Assembly (NCBI GenBank): GCA_027310185.1
Contig: DAIDBH010000018.1
Span: 96,001-160,000, forward strand
Reading direction: 5' to 3'
DNA length: 64,000 nt
Origin: Thermoplasmatales archaeon
GTDB lineage: Archaea; Thermoplasmatota; Thermoplasmata; Thermoplasmatales; Thermoplasmataceae
Under the pieces are notes generated by a model. The model had not been told where the DNA came from and made no database searches. It saw only the letters and a list, made by a program, of their open reading frames with translations. Below are positions 52,116-61,707 of the stretch, one piece after another (the first letter of the stretch is position 1; every line of letters starts with the position of its first letter). Both the position numbers and the translations under genes were made by a program.

Positions 52116-52976
52116 TTAATTAAGCTTGATATTTTGAGCTGCCCATGCCTCAAATGCCCTGTATGAAGTCCTCACCAATGGTCCGGAAGCTACAAACCTG
52201 AAACCGTGTTTATAACCCAAGGCCTCGAGCCTTTTGTACCTCTCCGAGGAACAGTATTCCTTCACCTCTATCTGTTTCTTTGAAGGCCTGAGATACTGGC
52301 CAATGGTTAATATATCCACTCCATTCTCAATGAGGTCTTCCATCGCCTGCTCCACCTCATCATCAGTTTCTCCATGGCCAAGCATGATAGAAGACTTTGT
52401 AATCATATAGGGGTTTTCCTCTTTTATATACGAAAGAACAGACAGTGACTGATCATATCCTGCCCTTGCGTCCCGTATGACTGGTGTAAGTCTTCTCACA
52501 GTCTCAATATTATGGGCCAGAACATCTGGTCTTGCTTCAATAATTGTTCTTATCAATTTCCTGTCGCCACGGAAATCCGGTATAAGTGCCTCAACCTTAA
52601 TCCCAAGGGTCTTTACCTGTTTTATTGTTTCAGCATAATGCATGGAACCCTGGTCCGGTAGATCATCCCTATCAACAGAGGTTATGACAGCATACTTCAG
52701 GCCCATGCTTTTGACCGAATCCCTGACCTTGATGGGTTCATCAATATCAAGTGGCTCCATATTTCCATGTGTGACTGAACAGAATCGACATCCTCTTGAG
52801 CAATTCTTACCTAAAATCATGAAAGTTGCTGTACCTGACTCCCAGCATTCTGACACATTGGGGCATCTGGCCTCTTCACACACTGTATGAAGTGAGTTGC
52901 CTTTTATCAGACTGTTGAGGCTGTAAAAAGTATCTCCTGAGGGGAGTTTTACTTTAACATAGTCAGGTCTTTCCAT
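52116..52976 (-). CDS. lipA: Lipoyl synthase
   Basis: CEEARCPNVSEC (CX4CX5C), CSRGCRFC (radical SAM), GQYLRP, RTSY. Confidence 0.96.
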   Translation of the reverse strand: MERPDYVKVKLPSGDTFYSLNSLIKGNSLHTVCEEARCPNVSECWESGTATFMILGKNCSRGCRFCSVTHGNMEPLDIDEPIKVRDSVKSMGLKYAVITSVDRDDLPDQGSMHYAETIKQVKTLGIKVEALIPDFRGDRKLIRTIIEARPDVLAHNIETVRRLTPVIRDARAGYDQSLSVLSYIKEENPYMITKSSIMLGHGETDDEVEQAMEDLIENGVDILTIGQYLRPSKKQIEVKEYCSSERYKRLEALGYKHGFRFVASGPLVRTSYRAFEAWAAQNIKLN

Positions 52977-53158
52977 CAGGGTTATATTTTTTCGTCTTAT
53001 ACTAAATTATCTTTTTTTATAAAGGGTAAGCCAAATGAATGATTGTAAGGATTGAGACTTTTTTTTAAAAACGCATCAGCAAAACTTGTAAAAATCAATT
53101 CAGATATGCAGAGTTCCATTCGAAACTTTTATTACTTTACGAAAAATCAAGGTCAAAA

Positions 53159-53233
53159 GGGGTCATAGCTTAGCATGGTTTGAGCACCCGGCTGATAACC
53201 GGGAGGTCACCGGTTCAAATCCGGTTGGCCCCA
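53159..53233 (+). tRNA. tRNA-Ile(GAU), no intron, CCA not encoded
   Basis: Cloverleaf: acceptor GGGGTCA/TGGCCCC, anticodon stem CCCGG/CCGGG with loop CTGATAA, T arm ACCGG-TTCAAAT-CCGGT. Confidence 0.96.
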
Positions 53234-53523
53234 TCAGTCTCAGGATCAGGTACATTCCACTTCGCACCTTTTGTAACGTATCCCCATGTTTTCTTCTTTC
53301 CCCTATAGCCCGGCAATATGGTTCTTACCCTGTTTGCGACAGATTCAGTTGTTACATGTGTATACTGCTGTGTTGTAGAAAGTGACACATGACCCATATG
53401 GATTTGTACCATCCTTATGTCAAGTGGAATCGTTCCGCGATACCCTAAAAGAAGCATTGTGGCACACTTATGCCTTGCAGAGTGTGGATGGAACTTGGGT
53501 ACACCTGATTTGCTTAAATGAGA
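53215..53523 (-). pseudogene. Tyrosine recombinase/integrase C-terminal remnant overlapping the tRNA-Ile 3' end
   Basis: Frame reads SGVPKFHPHSARHKCATMLL...DIRMVQIHMGHVSLSTTQQYTH (HxxR, H and Y catalytic residues). It is bounded upstream by TAA at 53524-53526 with no N-terminal part; its stop codon lies in the tRNA T-loop. Confidence 0.9.
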
Positions 53524-53698
53524 TTAATCTTTGAAAAATGGCAAATTAGGCAAGTCCAAAGTAAAACTCAGGCAATGATATAAAATCCTAAAATCCGTGA
53601 TGAACCAGTTATTTTAACTTAATTTATTAAATTTGAATATTAATCTGAGGAAAAACGGTTACAGTAAATTATATAGTGCACGGAGCCAATCCTATATC

Positions 53699-55678
53699 AT
53701 GTTAGAAGATATGTTCAACCCTAATTCGATTGCCGTTGTTGGTGCATCGAATAACAGGGATAAGATTGGAAATATACTCGTGAGAAATATAAAAGCATCA
53801 TACAGGGGTAAACTTTATCCCATAAACCTTAAGGAATCTGAAATTGAAGGCCTAAAAGCTTATAGATCAGTTAAGGAAATAGGTTCGAAGGTTGATCTGG
53901 TGATAATTAGTGTTCCAAGAGAAGCTGTTGTAGATGTTATGGTGGAGGCGGGCGAAGCAGGAACGAGGGCTGCGGTGATAATAACCTCGGGGTTCAGGGA
54001 AGTTGATGAGAAAGGGAAGGAGCTTGAATTAAAGATAATGGAGGTGGCAAAAAAATATTCCATAAGGTTTCTCGGTCCAAACACAATGGGGTTCATCACG
54101 CCATCATTCAACGCCACCTTTGCATATGAAGATGTAAAGCAGGGTAACATAGCAATAGTTGCACAATCAGGTGGAATGGGTGCTTATATGCTTGACTGGG
54201 CAGAGAAAACAAAAACTGGGCTCAGCTATTTTGTAAGCCTTGGAAATCAGACGGATTTAAATGAAATAGATATTTTCCACTTTCTGGCTGATGACCTGGA
54301 TACAAAGGCTATCTTTTCCTATATAGAAGGTGTTGCAGACGGTGAAAGATTCCTTGCTGAGGTACCGGAAATCACAGCCAAAAAACATCTGGTATTTATA
54401 AAAGGTGGAACAGGAAAATATGGGGCCATGGCAGTTCAGACCCACACGGGAAGCATAGCCGGATCAATTGAATTATTCCGGGCTGCAGTGAAAACTGTTG
54501 GAGGAATACTTGTAAACAATCTTGATGATTTTCTCAACCTCATTACAATAATTCAGTCAGATGAGAAATTTTTAAGCGATATTCTTGTTGTGACTAACTC
54601 AGGAGGGCACGGAGTTTTAACTACAGATGAAATAGAACGTCAATCACTGAACCTGATAGATTTGACAGACAGCATGAAGGCTGACCTGAGAAAAATACTT
54701 CCAGACCAGAGTACTCCAAAGAACCCACTGGATCTTTCAGGGGACGCTAGTGGTGAAAGATTCATGAAGGCAATGAACCTGACAAAGGGTCTGGAATGCA
54801 CAAAGATCGTTCTCGTTCAGGAACTGGCAACAGTAAGTTGCGTAGAAGTTGCAAAGGTTCTTGTAAAATTCAAGGGCAGGAGAATAATAGGTGTTATGAT
54901 GGGAAAGGATGCAGAGTCTGCACTGAGGATTCTTTCATCTGCAGGAATACCCGGATACAGTTTTCCTGAAGATGCAGTAAAGGCAATAAAGCATATACTG
55001 GATGTTAGACCCCCGCTGAAGAAGATAAGAATATCCGAACCCGTTAAGGGCGCGCTGGATCTGGTTAAGGATAGAAGCACACTAAGCGATGAATTTTCCT
55101 TCAAGCTCATGGCATTGTATGGCATAAGAGTACCTGACTGGGGAATCGTTTCTTCCATTGAGGAGGCTAAGGACCTCTGCAAGAAAATAAGTTATCCAGT
55201 TGTCATGAAGGTTTCTTCTGATCAGCCAATTCACAAGACAGAGATCGGAGGAGTGATAATGAATGTTGAGGCAGGGAGCATGGAGTCATCATTCACCACA
55301 CTGATAAGTAAGACTGGAAAGGTAATGATTCAAAAACAGCTTACTGGTGTTGAGATTTTCCTTGGAGGCTTAAATGACCCATCATTTGGTCCATCCATTC
55401 TTACGGGACTTGGGGGGATATATGTTGAAGTGCTAAAAAGCATCAGCTATGGACTTGTTCCTGTATCAGAAAACGAGGCTCTTGAAATGATGTCAGATAG
55501 CAAGGTACTTTCGCTGCTTAATGCGAGAAAGAGAAATTACAATGTTGACGCAACGATCAGGGCTATAACAGGAATATCCAGGATGATTGAGGACCTTGGC
55601 ATAAAGGAGATGGATATAAATCCGTTAATCGTCACACAGGAAGATGCATATGCCGTTGATATCAGGATTGTGCTGTAA
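53699..55678 (+). CDS. Acetate/acyl--CoA ligase (ADP-forming), fused alpha-beta
   Basis: IAVVGAS CoA-binding fold, GPNTMG, QSGG, THTGS phospho-His, TNSGG, NPLDL, HKTEIGGV, DINP. Confidence 0.93.
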   Translation: MLEDMFNPNSIAVVGASNNRDKIGNILVRNIKASYRGKLYPINLKESEIEGLKAYRSVKEIGSKVDLVIISVPREAVVDVMVEAGEAGTRAAVIITSGFREVDEKGKELELKIMEVAKKYSIRFLGPNTMGFITPSFNATFAYEDVKQGNIAIVAQSGGMGAYMLDWAEKTKTGLSYFVSLGNQTDLNEIDIFHFLADDLDTKAIFSYIEGVADGERFLAEVPEITAKKHLVFIKGGTGKYGAMAVQTHTGSIAGSIELFRAAVKTVGGILVNNLDDFLNLITIIQSDEKFLSDILVVTNSGGHGVLTTDEIERQSLNLIDLTDSMKADLRKILPDQSTPKNPLDLSGDASGERFMKAMNLTKGLECTKIVLVQELATVSCVEVAKVLVKFKGRRIIGVMMGKDAESALRILSSAGIPGYSFPEDAVKAIKHILDVRPPLKKIRISEPVKGALDLVKDRSTLSDEFSFKLMALYGIRVPDWGIVSSIEEAKDLCKKISYPVVMKVSSDQPIHKTEIGGVIMNVEAGSMESSFTTLISKTGKVMIQKQLTGVEIFLGGLNDPSFGPSILTGLGGIYVEVLKSISYGLVPVSENEALEMMSDSKVLSLLNARKRNYNVDATIRAITGISRMIEDLGIKEMDINPLIVTQEDAYAVDIRIVL

Positions 55679-55778
55679 TTACAAATAAACATCCTTCACA
55701 TGTTATGGGTGCTGGTTAGAACTTAAAAACTATAACAGTGCTGAATGTTATTATATATAAATGAATACTATCATGATC

Positions 55779-56441
55779 ATGTTCATTCCTGTAATGGAAA
55801 ATAACTTTGCTTGGAGGACACAGGATCCTGAGTATGACTGGGACATGGTAGGTCATTTATTGATAAAAAATGGAAGTATTCTATTGATCGACCCTCCATA
55901 TGTGCACGGTATTGAACAGGCAGTTACATTCATGGGAAAACCAGAGGCTATTATAATAACAACCGCTGACCATACCAGAGGATCGAGATATCTCTCATAT
56001 AAATTAAAGATTCCGCTATACGTTCCAGATCAGGGTGATTCAATTTCTGTCTCACCCGGTGAAATTTATAGAGAAAAGAAAATTGCTAATTATAAGCCCT
56101 ACAACGAAGGTCCTATATTCTGGCTAAATGCAAAGCGAGTTAAGGTATACCGGAAGAGGGAAGATAAAGTCCCATATAAAGATGAAATGATTCTTGCAGA
56201 TAATGATGGAAACATATTCACCGGGGATATCGCTATGGGATCTTCATCTTGTGAACTGTTAACCTGCAACGAAGGATTTACAGATGAGCCAGATGCCATG
56301 CTGGTTAAATCATCATTTGAATCATTGAAAAATGCCACAGAGGAACTCAATAAAAATAATCTGATTTCCTCTCATGGTACTGATATTGTTGGAAACCTGG
56401 ATGAGAAAATAAAGAAAAAAATGAGATTAATTTCAGATTAG
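55779..56441 (+). CDS. Degenerate MBL-fold protein
   Basis: LLIDPP, IIITTADHTR (in place of HxHxDH), FTGD, SSHG. Confidence 0.65.
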   Translation: MFIPVMENNFAWRTQDPEYDWDMVGHLLIKNGSILLIDPPYVHGIEQAVTFMGKPEAIIITTADHTRGSRYLSYKLKIPLYVPDQGDSISVSPGEIYREKKIANYKPYNEGPIFWLNAKRVKVYRKREDKVPYKDEMILADNDGNIFTGDIAMGSSSCELLTCNEGFTDEPDAMLVKSSFESLKNATEELNKNNLISSHGTDIVGNLDEKIKKKMRLISD

Positions 56442-56450
56442 TTGAAAAAA

Positions 56451-58223
56451 TTATTTCTCATAATTTTTAGAGAATACATACTGGATGAAGCTTGCTATAT
56501 ATGATACTTCATCAACAGTATCCTCCAGTCCTGAACCAAGATGACCTCCCTCCCCAATCATTAGATATGCCTCGTTTCCATAGGACTTGAGTTTTTCATA
56601 GAATTTCAATGCATGTGCCGGGTGAACCCTGTCATCTTCCATTCTTGAATATGTTAGGGAAGGAGGATATTTTCCCGGCTTCAACTGTTCATAGGAAGAG
56701 TATTTCCTAAGGAATTTTGCATCATTTTGATCATCAGGATTGCCATATTCACTTACCCAGTACTGTCCTGCCAGCAGCCTATGAAACCTCATGAGATCTA
56801 TTACTGGATTTCCGATAACCGCTCCATCAAGTTCTCCAGGAATCTTTGCAAGTGTATATGAGGAAAGCAGTCCCCCATTGCTAACTCCATAGCATATTAC
56901 GTGATATCTATCATTTCTCAATTTCCTTATTATTGCCTGGAAAGATTCATACACATTTATCTTCTTCTCTCTCATGCCAAATTTGTGCCACTCTTCTCCA
57001 TATTCTCCACCTCCAGGAAGATTACATATTGCAACATTAACATCATTGTCAAGGAGATAAGCAAATAAATTGTTGTATGAAGGCAAAAGAGATATGTTGA
57101 AGCCACCATAACCGTATACCAGAGTGTTTCTCGTATCACTACCTGCACTAAGGAAGAAATAATGAACTTTCTTTCCATTAACTTCCACGCAGCTTTCAGA
57201 GGCATTGAATTTTGAAACTTCATTTCTCTCCCTCAGTTCCATTTTCCCATTCTCAAAGGAATAGATTTCAAATGTTGTACCGAAATCTCCCATTACAAGA
57301 GTTGCCCTCACCTCATCTGAACTCAATGCAATCAGTCCCTTGTAAGTGTTTAGGGAAAACTCTCTTATTTTCTGGCCATCATTGCCATAAAGAACAGGCA
57401 CAGATTTAGCATCCCTCATATGAACAACAAGAAATCCCTCTTTCACTCTCACTGCATCCTCTACAGGTTCGTTTAGGCAGTATTCCTTTTCTCCCACTGT
57501 AATGATACCATTCCCCTCAAACCGCAAGGTATAAAGTGTGTCATCTTCATAATCAATAACCTTAACCTCATGATCATATTTTCTGAAGAGCTTCCACGAT
57601 GATGGATCATTTATCATGCCCATATATATGTCAGTTGAAATGTTATCGCTTGCCTGTATAATGACTGAGTCTCCGTATCTTTCTCCACTGAGTCCTCTTC
57701 CTGACTCAATACCCTTCCCGAAAACATATTTACCATCTAGAAAAATTCCGTTTGATGAATCTTTTGTATTTGAGATGCTTTCATCCCTTTTCTCCTTTAT
57801 AAGATAAAATTCATCATCTAAATATATTATATCATGTATAAATCCATCTTCTGTATATATCTGCCTATCTCTCGAAAATACACGTAGTGTTCCTTCATCT
57901 GAGCCAGAGGTTTCAAAAAGGGCAATCCTGTCACCATTTTTTTCAGGTTTTGTCCAGACTATAATCCCAGAAGTTGAATAGATTTCTTCTCCATTTACAA
58001 CAAGGTTGTTTTTACCATTCTCAACAGTGACAAAGTATTCGTCAGTTTTAGTAAGGTCAACGGACTTTATCTTTTTCTGATAAACAAATTTCTTCATCTC
58101 TGGTCTTATCTTCTCATATATACCTTTCACTTCCTTCTTGAAAATATCTGTTTGCCCCATTGCAAATTCTTTCACTTCCCTATTCATTACTTCAAAATTC
58201 AGTTCAGTCATAATGTCAATCAT
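56451..58223 (-). CDS. Prolyl oligopeptidase (S9) family peptidase
   Basis: YGYGGF, GGGEYGEEWH, GVSNGG (Ser), DDRVHP (Asp), GGH (His). Confidence 0.93.
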   Translation of the reverse strand: MIDIMTELNFEVMNREVKEFAMGQTDIFKKEVKGIYEKIRPEMKKFVYQKKIKSVDLTKTDEYFVTVENGKNNLVVNGEEIYSTSGIIVWTKPEKNGDRIALFETSGSDEGTLRVFSRDRQIYTEDGFIHDIIYLDDEFYLIKEKRDESISNTKDSSNGIFLDGKYVFGKGIESGRGLSGERYGDSVIIQASDNISTDIYMGMINDPSSWKLFRKYDHEVKVIDYEDDTLYTLRFEGNGIITVGEKEYCLNEPVEDAVRVKEGFLVVHMRDAKSVPVLYGNDGQKIREFSLNTYKGLIALSSDEVRATLVMGDFGTTFEIYSFENGKMELRERNEVSKFNASESCVEVNGKKVHYFFLSAGSDTRNTLVYGYGGFNISLLPSYNNLFAYLLDNDVNVAICNLPGGGEYGEEWHKFGMREKKINVYESFQAIIRKLRNDRYHVICYGVSNGGLLSSYTLAKIPGELDGAVIGNPVIDLMRFHRLLAGQYWVSEYGNPDDQNDAKFLRKYSSYEQLKPGKYPPSLTYSRMEDDRVHPAHALKFYEKLKSYGNEAYLMIGEGGHLGSGLEDTVDEVSYIASFIQYVFSKNYEK

Positions 58224-58299
58224 AAACAAATCACGTATTTATAATGTTTTACAGGGTAGAAATGGCATGAAGCAATAAGTTCATGATTATTATAAATTA

Positions 58300-58707
58300 T
58301 CAGTGATAAAACTTGAGTTTGTATACAATATATATCTGGGGTATAAGTGAAAGGATTGCGGCAAATGCCAGTGGAAATTTGAAACCACATATGGTAAAGC
58401 AGGCAATCTGTATTATTAACCCGTATGTATCGTGCGTTCTGCCATTCTTGAACTGTTGAATCCATCCCTCCCTATCGACCGGTGATTTCCATTCATCATT
58501 GAAAAGATGGGAAACATAGTCCACAAGAACACCGAAGGCGGTGAAAGCACCGATTTCAGATATGATAAAGTAAAATAGAAATATTCTTGAGTAGAGTATT
58601 GCAACTGCGAAGAGTGCAAATGAAATTACAGCTAGATATGTTGCAGAGGTTTTGCCTTTCATGAACAGTTTTTCCCATTCCCTGAAGTTTATATTTTCAG
58701 TAACCAT
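58300..58707 (-). CDS. Hypothetical membrane protein
   Basis: 135 aa with about four hydrophobic segments; no family recognised. Confidence 0.6.
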   Translation of the reverse strand: MVTENINFREWEKLFMKGKTSATYLAVISFALFAVAILYSRIFLFYFIISEIGAFTAFGVLVDYVSHLFNDEWKSPVDREGWIQQFKNGRTHDTYGLIIQIACFTICGFKFPLAFAAILSLIPQIYIVYKLKFYH

Positions 58708-58814
58708 GATTCACAGATCGAATTCACATAACATTATGTTTAATTATATTTATTATCTGTTAAAATTGGTTTTTATAGGATATAGCTTTTATAGGATGTT
58801 TTGATTTAAAGCCC

Positions 58815-59207
58815 ATGGAAATATTCAAAAAAGAAAGAATTCTGGAAACTACAAAAAGTCTTGATGAGATCATAAAATCATTTACAGCTTACCTGATAAA
58901 TGACGGCTGGAAAGTACAGAGTAACGTACAGCAGGATAAGGCAATCCTTCAGGCCCAGAAATTTGGAATACTGAGGGGTCTCATAGCAGAGGATAGAGCA
59001 TTGACATTTGTGTTCACAGCTGAATCAGGCGGCCAGGTAAAGGTTAACGTTGGAGTCGGGAGACTGCTGGGAGATATAACTATTACAGCAATTGAGGTGA
59101 TTCTGCTGTCAGAAATATTCATCGTTATTGATATTCCTGAAATTGCATGGTCAGACCACGTAGAAAAGGAATTGCTGAATGAATTGCAAACAATAGCCAC
59201 TCAGTGA
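58815..59207 (+). CDS. Hypothetical protein
   Basis: 130-aa ORF with an upstream TATA-like TTTATA; alpha/beta pattern plus a hydrophobic hairpin. Confidence 0.7.
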   Translation: MEIFKKERILETTKSLDEIIKSFTAYLINDGWKVQSNVQQDKAILQAQKFGILRGLIAEDRALTFVFTAESGGQVKVNVGVGRLLGDITITAIEVILLSEIFIVIDIPEIAWSDHVEKELLNELQTIATQ

Positions 59208-59394
59208 ATCTAATTTTTCATAATTTCAAGTTGATATAATATTTTTAAGTGAAATATAAGTATTTTTCAGAAATGCTATTCCGTGAACAGGACTTCTTTT
59301 TCAAATATTTTATGCTTCTATGAATGTCTGTCATGCAGTGCTCAGCCAAAAATTGCAGGATAAAAGTCATATATTTCATTCAGATTATTTGAAA

Positions 59395-59973
59395 ATGACT
59401 ATTTCTCCAAATTATGGCACATATCACCACACATCACCAGGGCAATCTGAGAACATTAGAAAAGAATAAAGGAAAGCATTCTATGAGATGTTTGAAATTA
59501 TGGACAGAACAGACACTGTCAATTGGATTTTAGATGCAGGATGCGGACTGGGATACCTGTGTGAAGTTTCCGCTTTCTTTTTCAAGAATGCCAAAGTAAC
59601 AGGAGTTGATCTTTTTGGCACATCCAGTCTACCGGAGGGAAATATGAAAAAGGCAATTGAAAACATGGAGGCAGTTGGATTGGAAAGTAGAGTAAACTTT
59701 TTCTGTTCTGATCTACGAAAACCTGTATTACCTAGGGACAGCATTGATCTTTGTGTATCCAGTCCTGTCTTTCATAATCTGGGCGGGGAAAGATTCAAAG
59801 CATATTCTAACATTTTTGAAATTTTAACGAAAAATTGGTATTTCATAGTAGGTGACTTTTTCATGAAAGGGAGCGATAGGGGGTTCCTGAAGGAATTGTT
59901 TTCCATAGTAAAGGTGAAGGAAAATATCAGGAATATGCCGGAACAGCATTCTATCCTGGTTCTTAGAAAATGA
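59395..59973 (+). pseudogene. Class I SAM-dependent methyltransferase interrupted by an in-frame TAA
   Basis: ATG at 59395 reads MTISPNYGTYHHTSPGQSENIRKE*RKAFYE, in frame with the ORF at 59488 (ILDAGCGLG, GVD); the stop is at 59467-59469. Confidence 0.7.
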
Positions 59974-60119
59974 TGAATAAGCGAAGTTTTTATGGCAGTA
60001 GGCCAGGTTGAATAACAAAAGACTGCAAAATACAGTTCTGACCTTAACTGAAATTGGAACGGACCGGTGGTTAAAAAGAAACTATAAAACTTTTATTTCT
60101 ATGTTCTCAATTACCTAAA

Positions 60120-60575
60120 ATGGAAGATACCGATTATGCTTCGTTTCTGGTTGAGGCTAAAACGAAGGGTTACTCATCAGGAGTTTCGTATCTGCCATGG
60201 GCAATCAAGGGCACAAAGGAGTTCACTTACGAAAAGGGAAGGATGAAATATATGGATATATACTCCGGTTCACTGTACTTTATCGGGCAAGAACTTATTA
60301 TTGAAGGCAATGTCCCCCAGTGGGGAATGGTATATTCAGGTGGCCTAATGGACGACAACTACGGAACTAAGGAGGTGTATGACTTCCTAAGGGATGCACT
60401 GAAAAGAGTTCCTGCGGACCTCCCATTAAGGGGAAAGGAATTCTTTTCCAACAGCAGGTTTGTATATAAGAATCTTACAGAAGGAGATCTTGGACACTTC
60501 CTCGGATACGAAACAATAGAGCACGGGGAAAATCTGGTGTACGAATTACACTATTCCGGCGGCTTCATAGAATAA
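60120..60575 (+). CDS. DUF5680-like protein
   Basis: FLVEAK..GY, Y.D.Y.G...F.GQE, WGMVYSG, FLRDAL, P.RG, YELHYSGG. Confidence 0.75.
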   Translation: MEDTDYASFLVEAKTKGYSSGVSYLPWAIKGTKEFTYEKGRMKYMDIYSGSLYFIGQELIIEGNVPQWGMVYSGGLMDDNYGTKEVYDFLRDALKRVPADLPLRGKEFFSNSRFVYKNLTEGDLGHFLGYETIEHGENLVYELHYSGGFIE

Positions 60576-60583
60576 GGAGAATG

Positions 60584-61021
60584 TCAGGATGATGTTATGA
60601 ACTCCAGAGAAAGGTTGCCTGCGTAATTGTGAGATGGCATTGTCACAATTACTGGTATGGTTCCACCTGGTCCTGTCAACTGGTAACTAGATTGTTCGAG
60701 CGCAGCAGTAAATCCTGAAGTCATTGATACTACCCCTGTTATATCAACAGTGGTGCTGATTCCATTATCCTTAAGCTGAATATCAAGAACCATTTTTTTT
60801 CCTGTAGAAAATGTATCCTTGCCATATGCATAGGAATATGTCTTGATTTTCTTATCCGAAAAACTTACACTTATACTCTGGATATTTACAGTTCCGCCAT
60901 TATAAAAACCAAGTACTGCAAGAATTGCGAAGGCAATGATAAAAACTACTATAACTGAACCAAAAACCTTCAACCCAAGCCTTCTTCTTATCCATGGTCT
61001 TTCTACTTCAAGCGGTTTCAT
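60584..61021 (-). CDS. Membrane-anchored extracytoplasmic beta-sandwich protein
   Basis: Basic N-terminus, one TM helix, then S/T-rich beta strands. Confidence 0.7.
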   Translation of the reverse strand: MKPLEVERPWIRRRLGLKVFGSVIVVFIIAFAILAVLGFYNGGTVNIQSISVSFSDKKIKTYSYAYGKDTFSTGKKMVLDIQLKDNGISTTVDITGVVSMTSGFTAALEQSSYQLTGPGGTIPVIVTMPSHNYAGNLSLEFITSS

Positions 61022-61109
61022 TCCAAGCGAAAAGAAATTTGTTCTGGCTATTTACATTTTTGCAGTATTTTGATTTTCTTTTCTTACCGGTTTTGTTTCT
61101 CATCCAGAA

Positions 61110-61610
61110 TCATCTGAAGACATATGAAAAAAAATCCTTAGAAATCCCAGTTATCGTGGAATATGATCCCAAACCAAAGCTTTCAATTATGTTTCCCACT
61201 TCTGTCATAGTATTCTTCTTTACATTATCTTCAATATCCTTCCAGTAAGTGAACAGGGAATCCTCTTCACTGTTGTTATGATCCTGCAACAGTTTGAAGA
61301 AAAGTGGAACCCTTGTTTTCAGAATATCAAAATTCTCTTCATCTTTCCATTTTATTATATTGGAGGCAAGAGTCTCCAGTAATCTGTGATCTGCCATTAT
61401 CCTATCAACATTTCTTATCAGATCCATTTTCTCTCCATCATAAACATCCTTTATCACAGGAACAAAAACTCTTTCCTCAATTTCAATATGGCATTTCTTC
61501 AGATACTCAACAAAAACTTGAAAATCGCTGGATTCAGAATCAAACTTGAAATTGTTGCTAATGTGCCTGATAGCACTATGCTCAGTCATGAGAACTTCAA
61601 CAACATCCAT
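61110..61610 (-). CDS. Hemerythrin-like domain protein
   Basis: EH, H...EE, DH, H...EE (HHE repeats). Confidence 0.85.
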   Translation of the reverse strand: MDVVEVLMTEHSAIRHISNNFKFDSESSDFQVFVEYLKKCHIEIEERVFVPVIKDVYDGEKMDLIRNVDRIMADHRLLETLASNIIKWKDEENFDILKTRVPLFFKLLQDHNNSEEDSLFTYWKDIEDNVKKNTMTEVGNIIESFGLGSYSTITGISKDFFSYVFR

Positions 61611-61707
61611 GTGAATGGATCATACCTATCTATTCAAACGTTTGGAAACAAACTTTACTCTCTACAAGTTTTTGACAAGTTGAAATAGAAGTATGGCATG
61701 TAAATTC

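Noticed and set aside
59467-59469. Recoding (Sec/Pyl) of the methyltransferase internal stop
   Set aside because: The codon is TAA, not TGA or TAG, and no recoding signal or machinery is visible.
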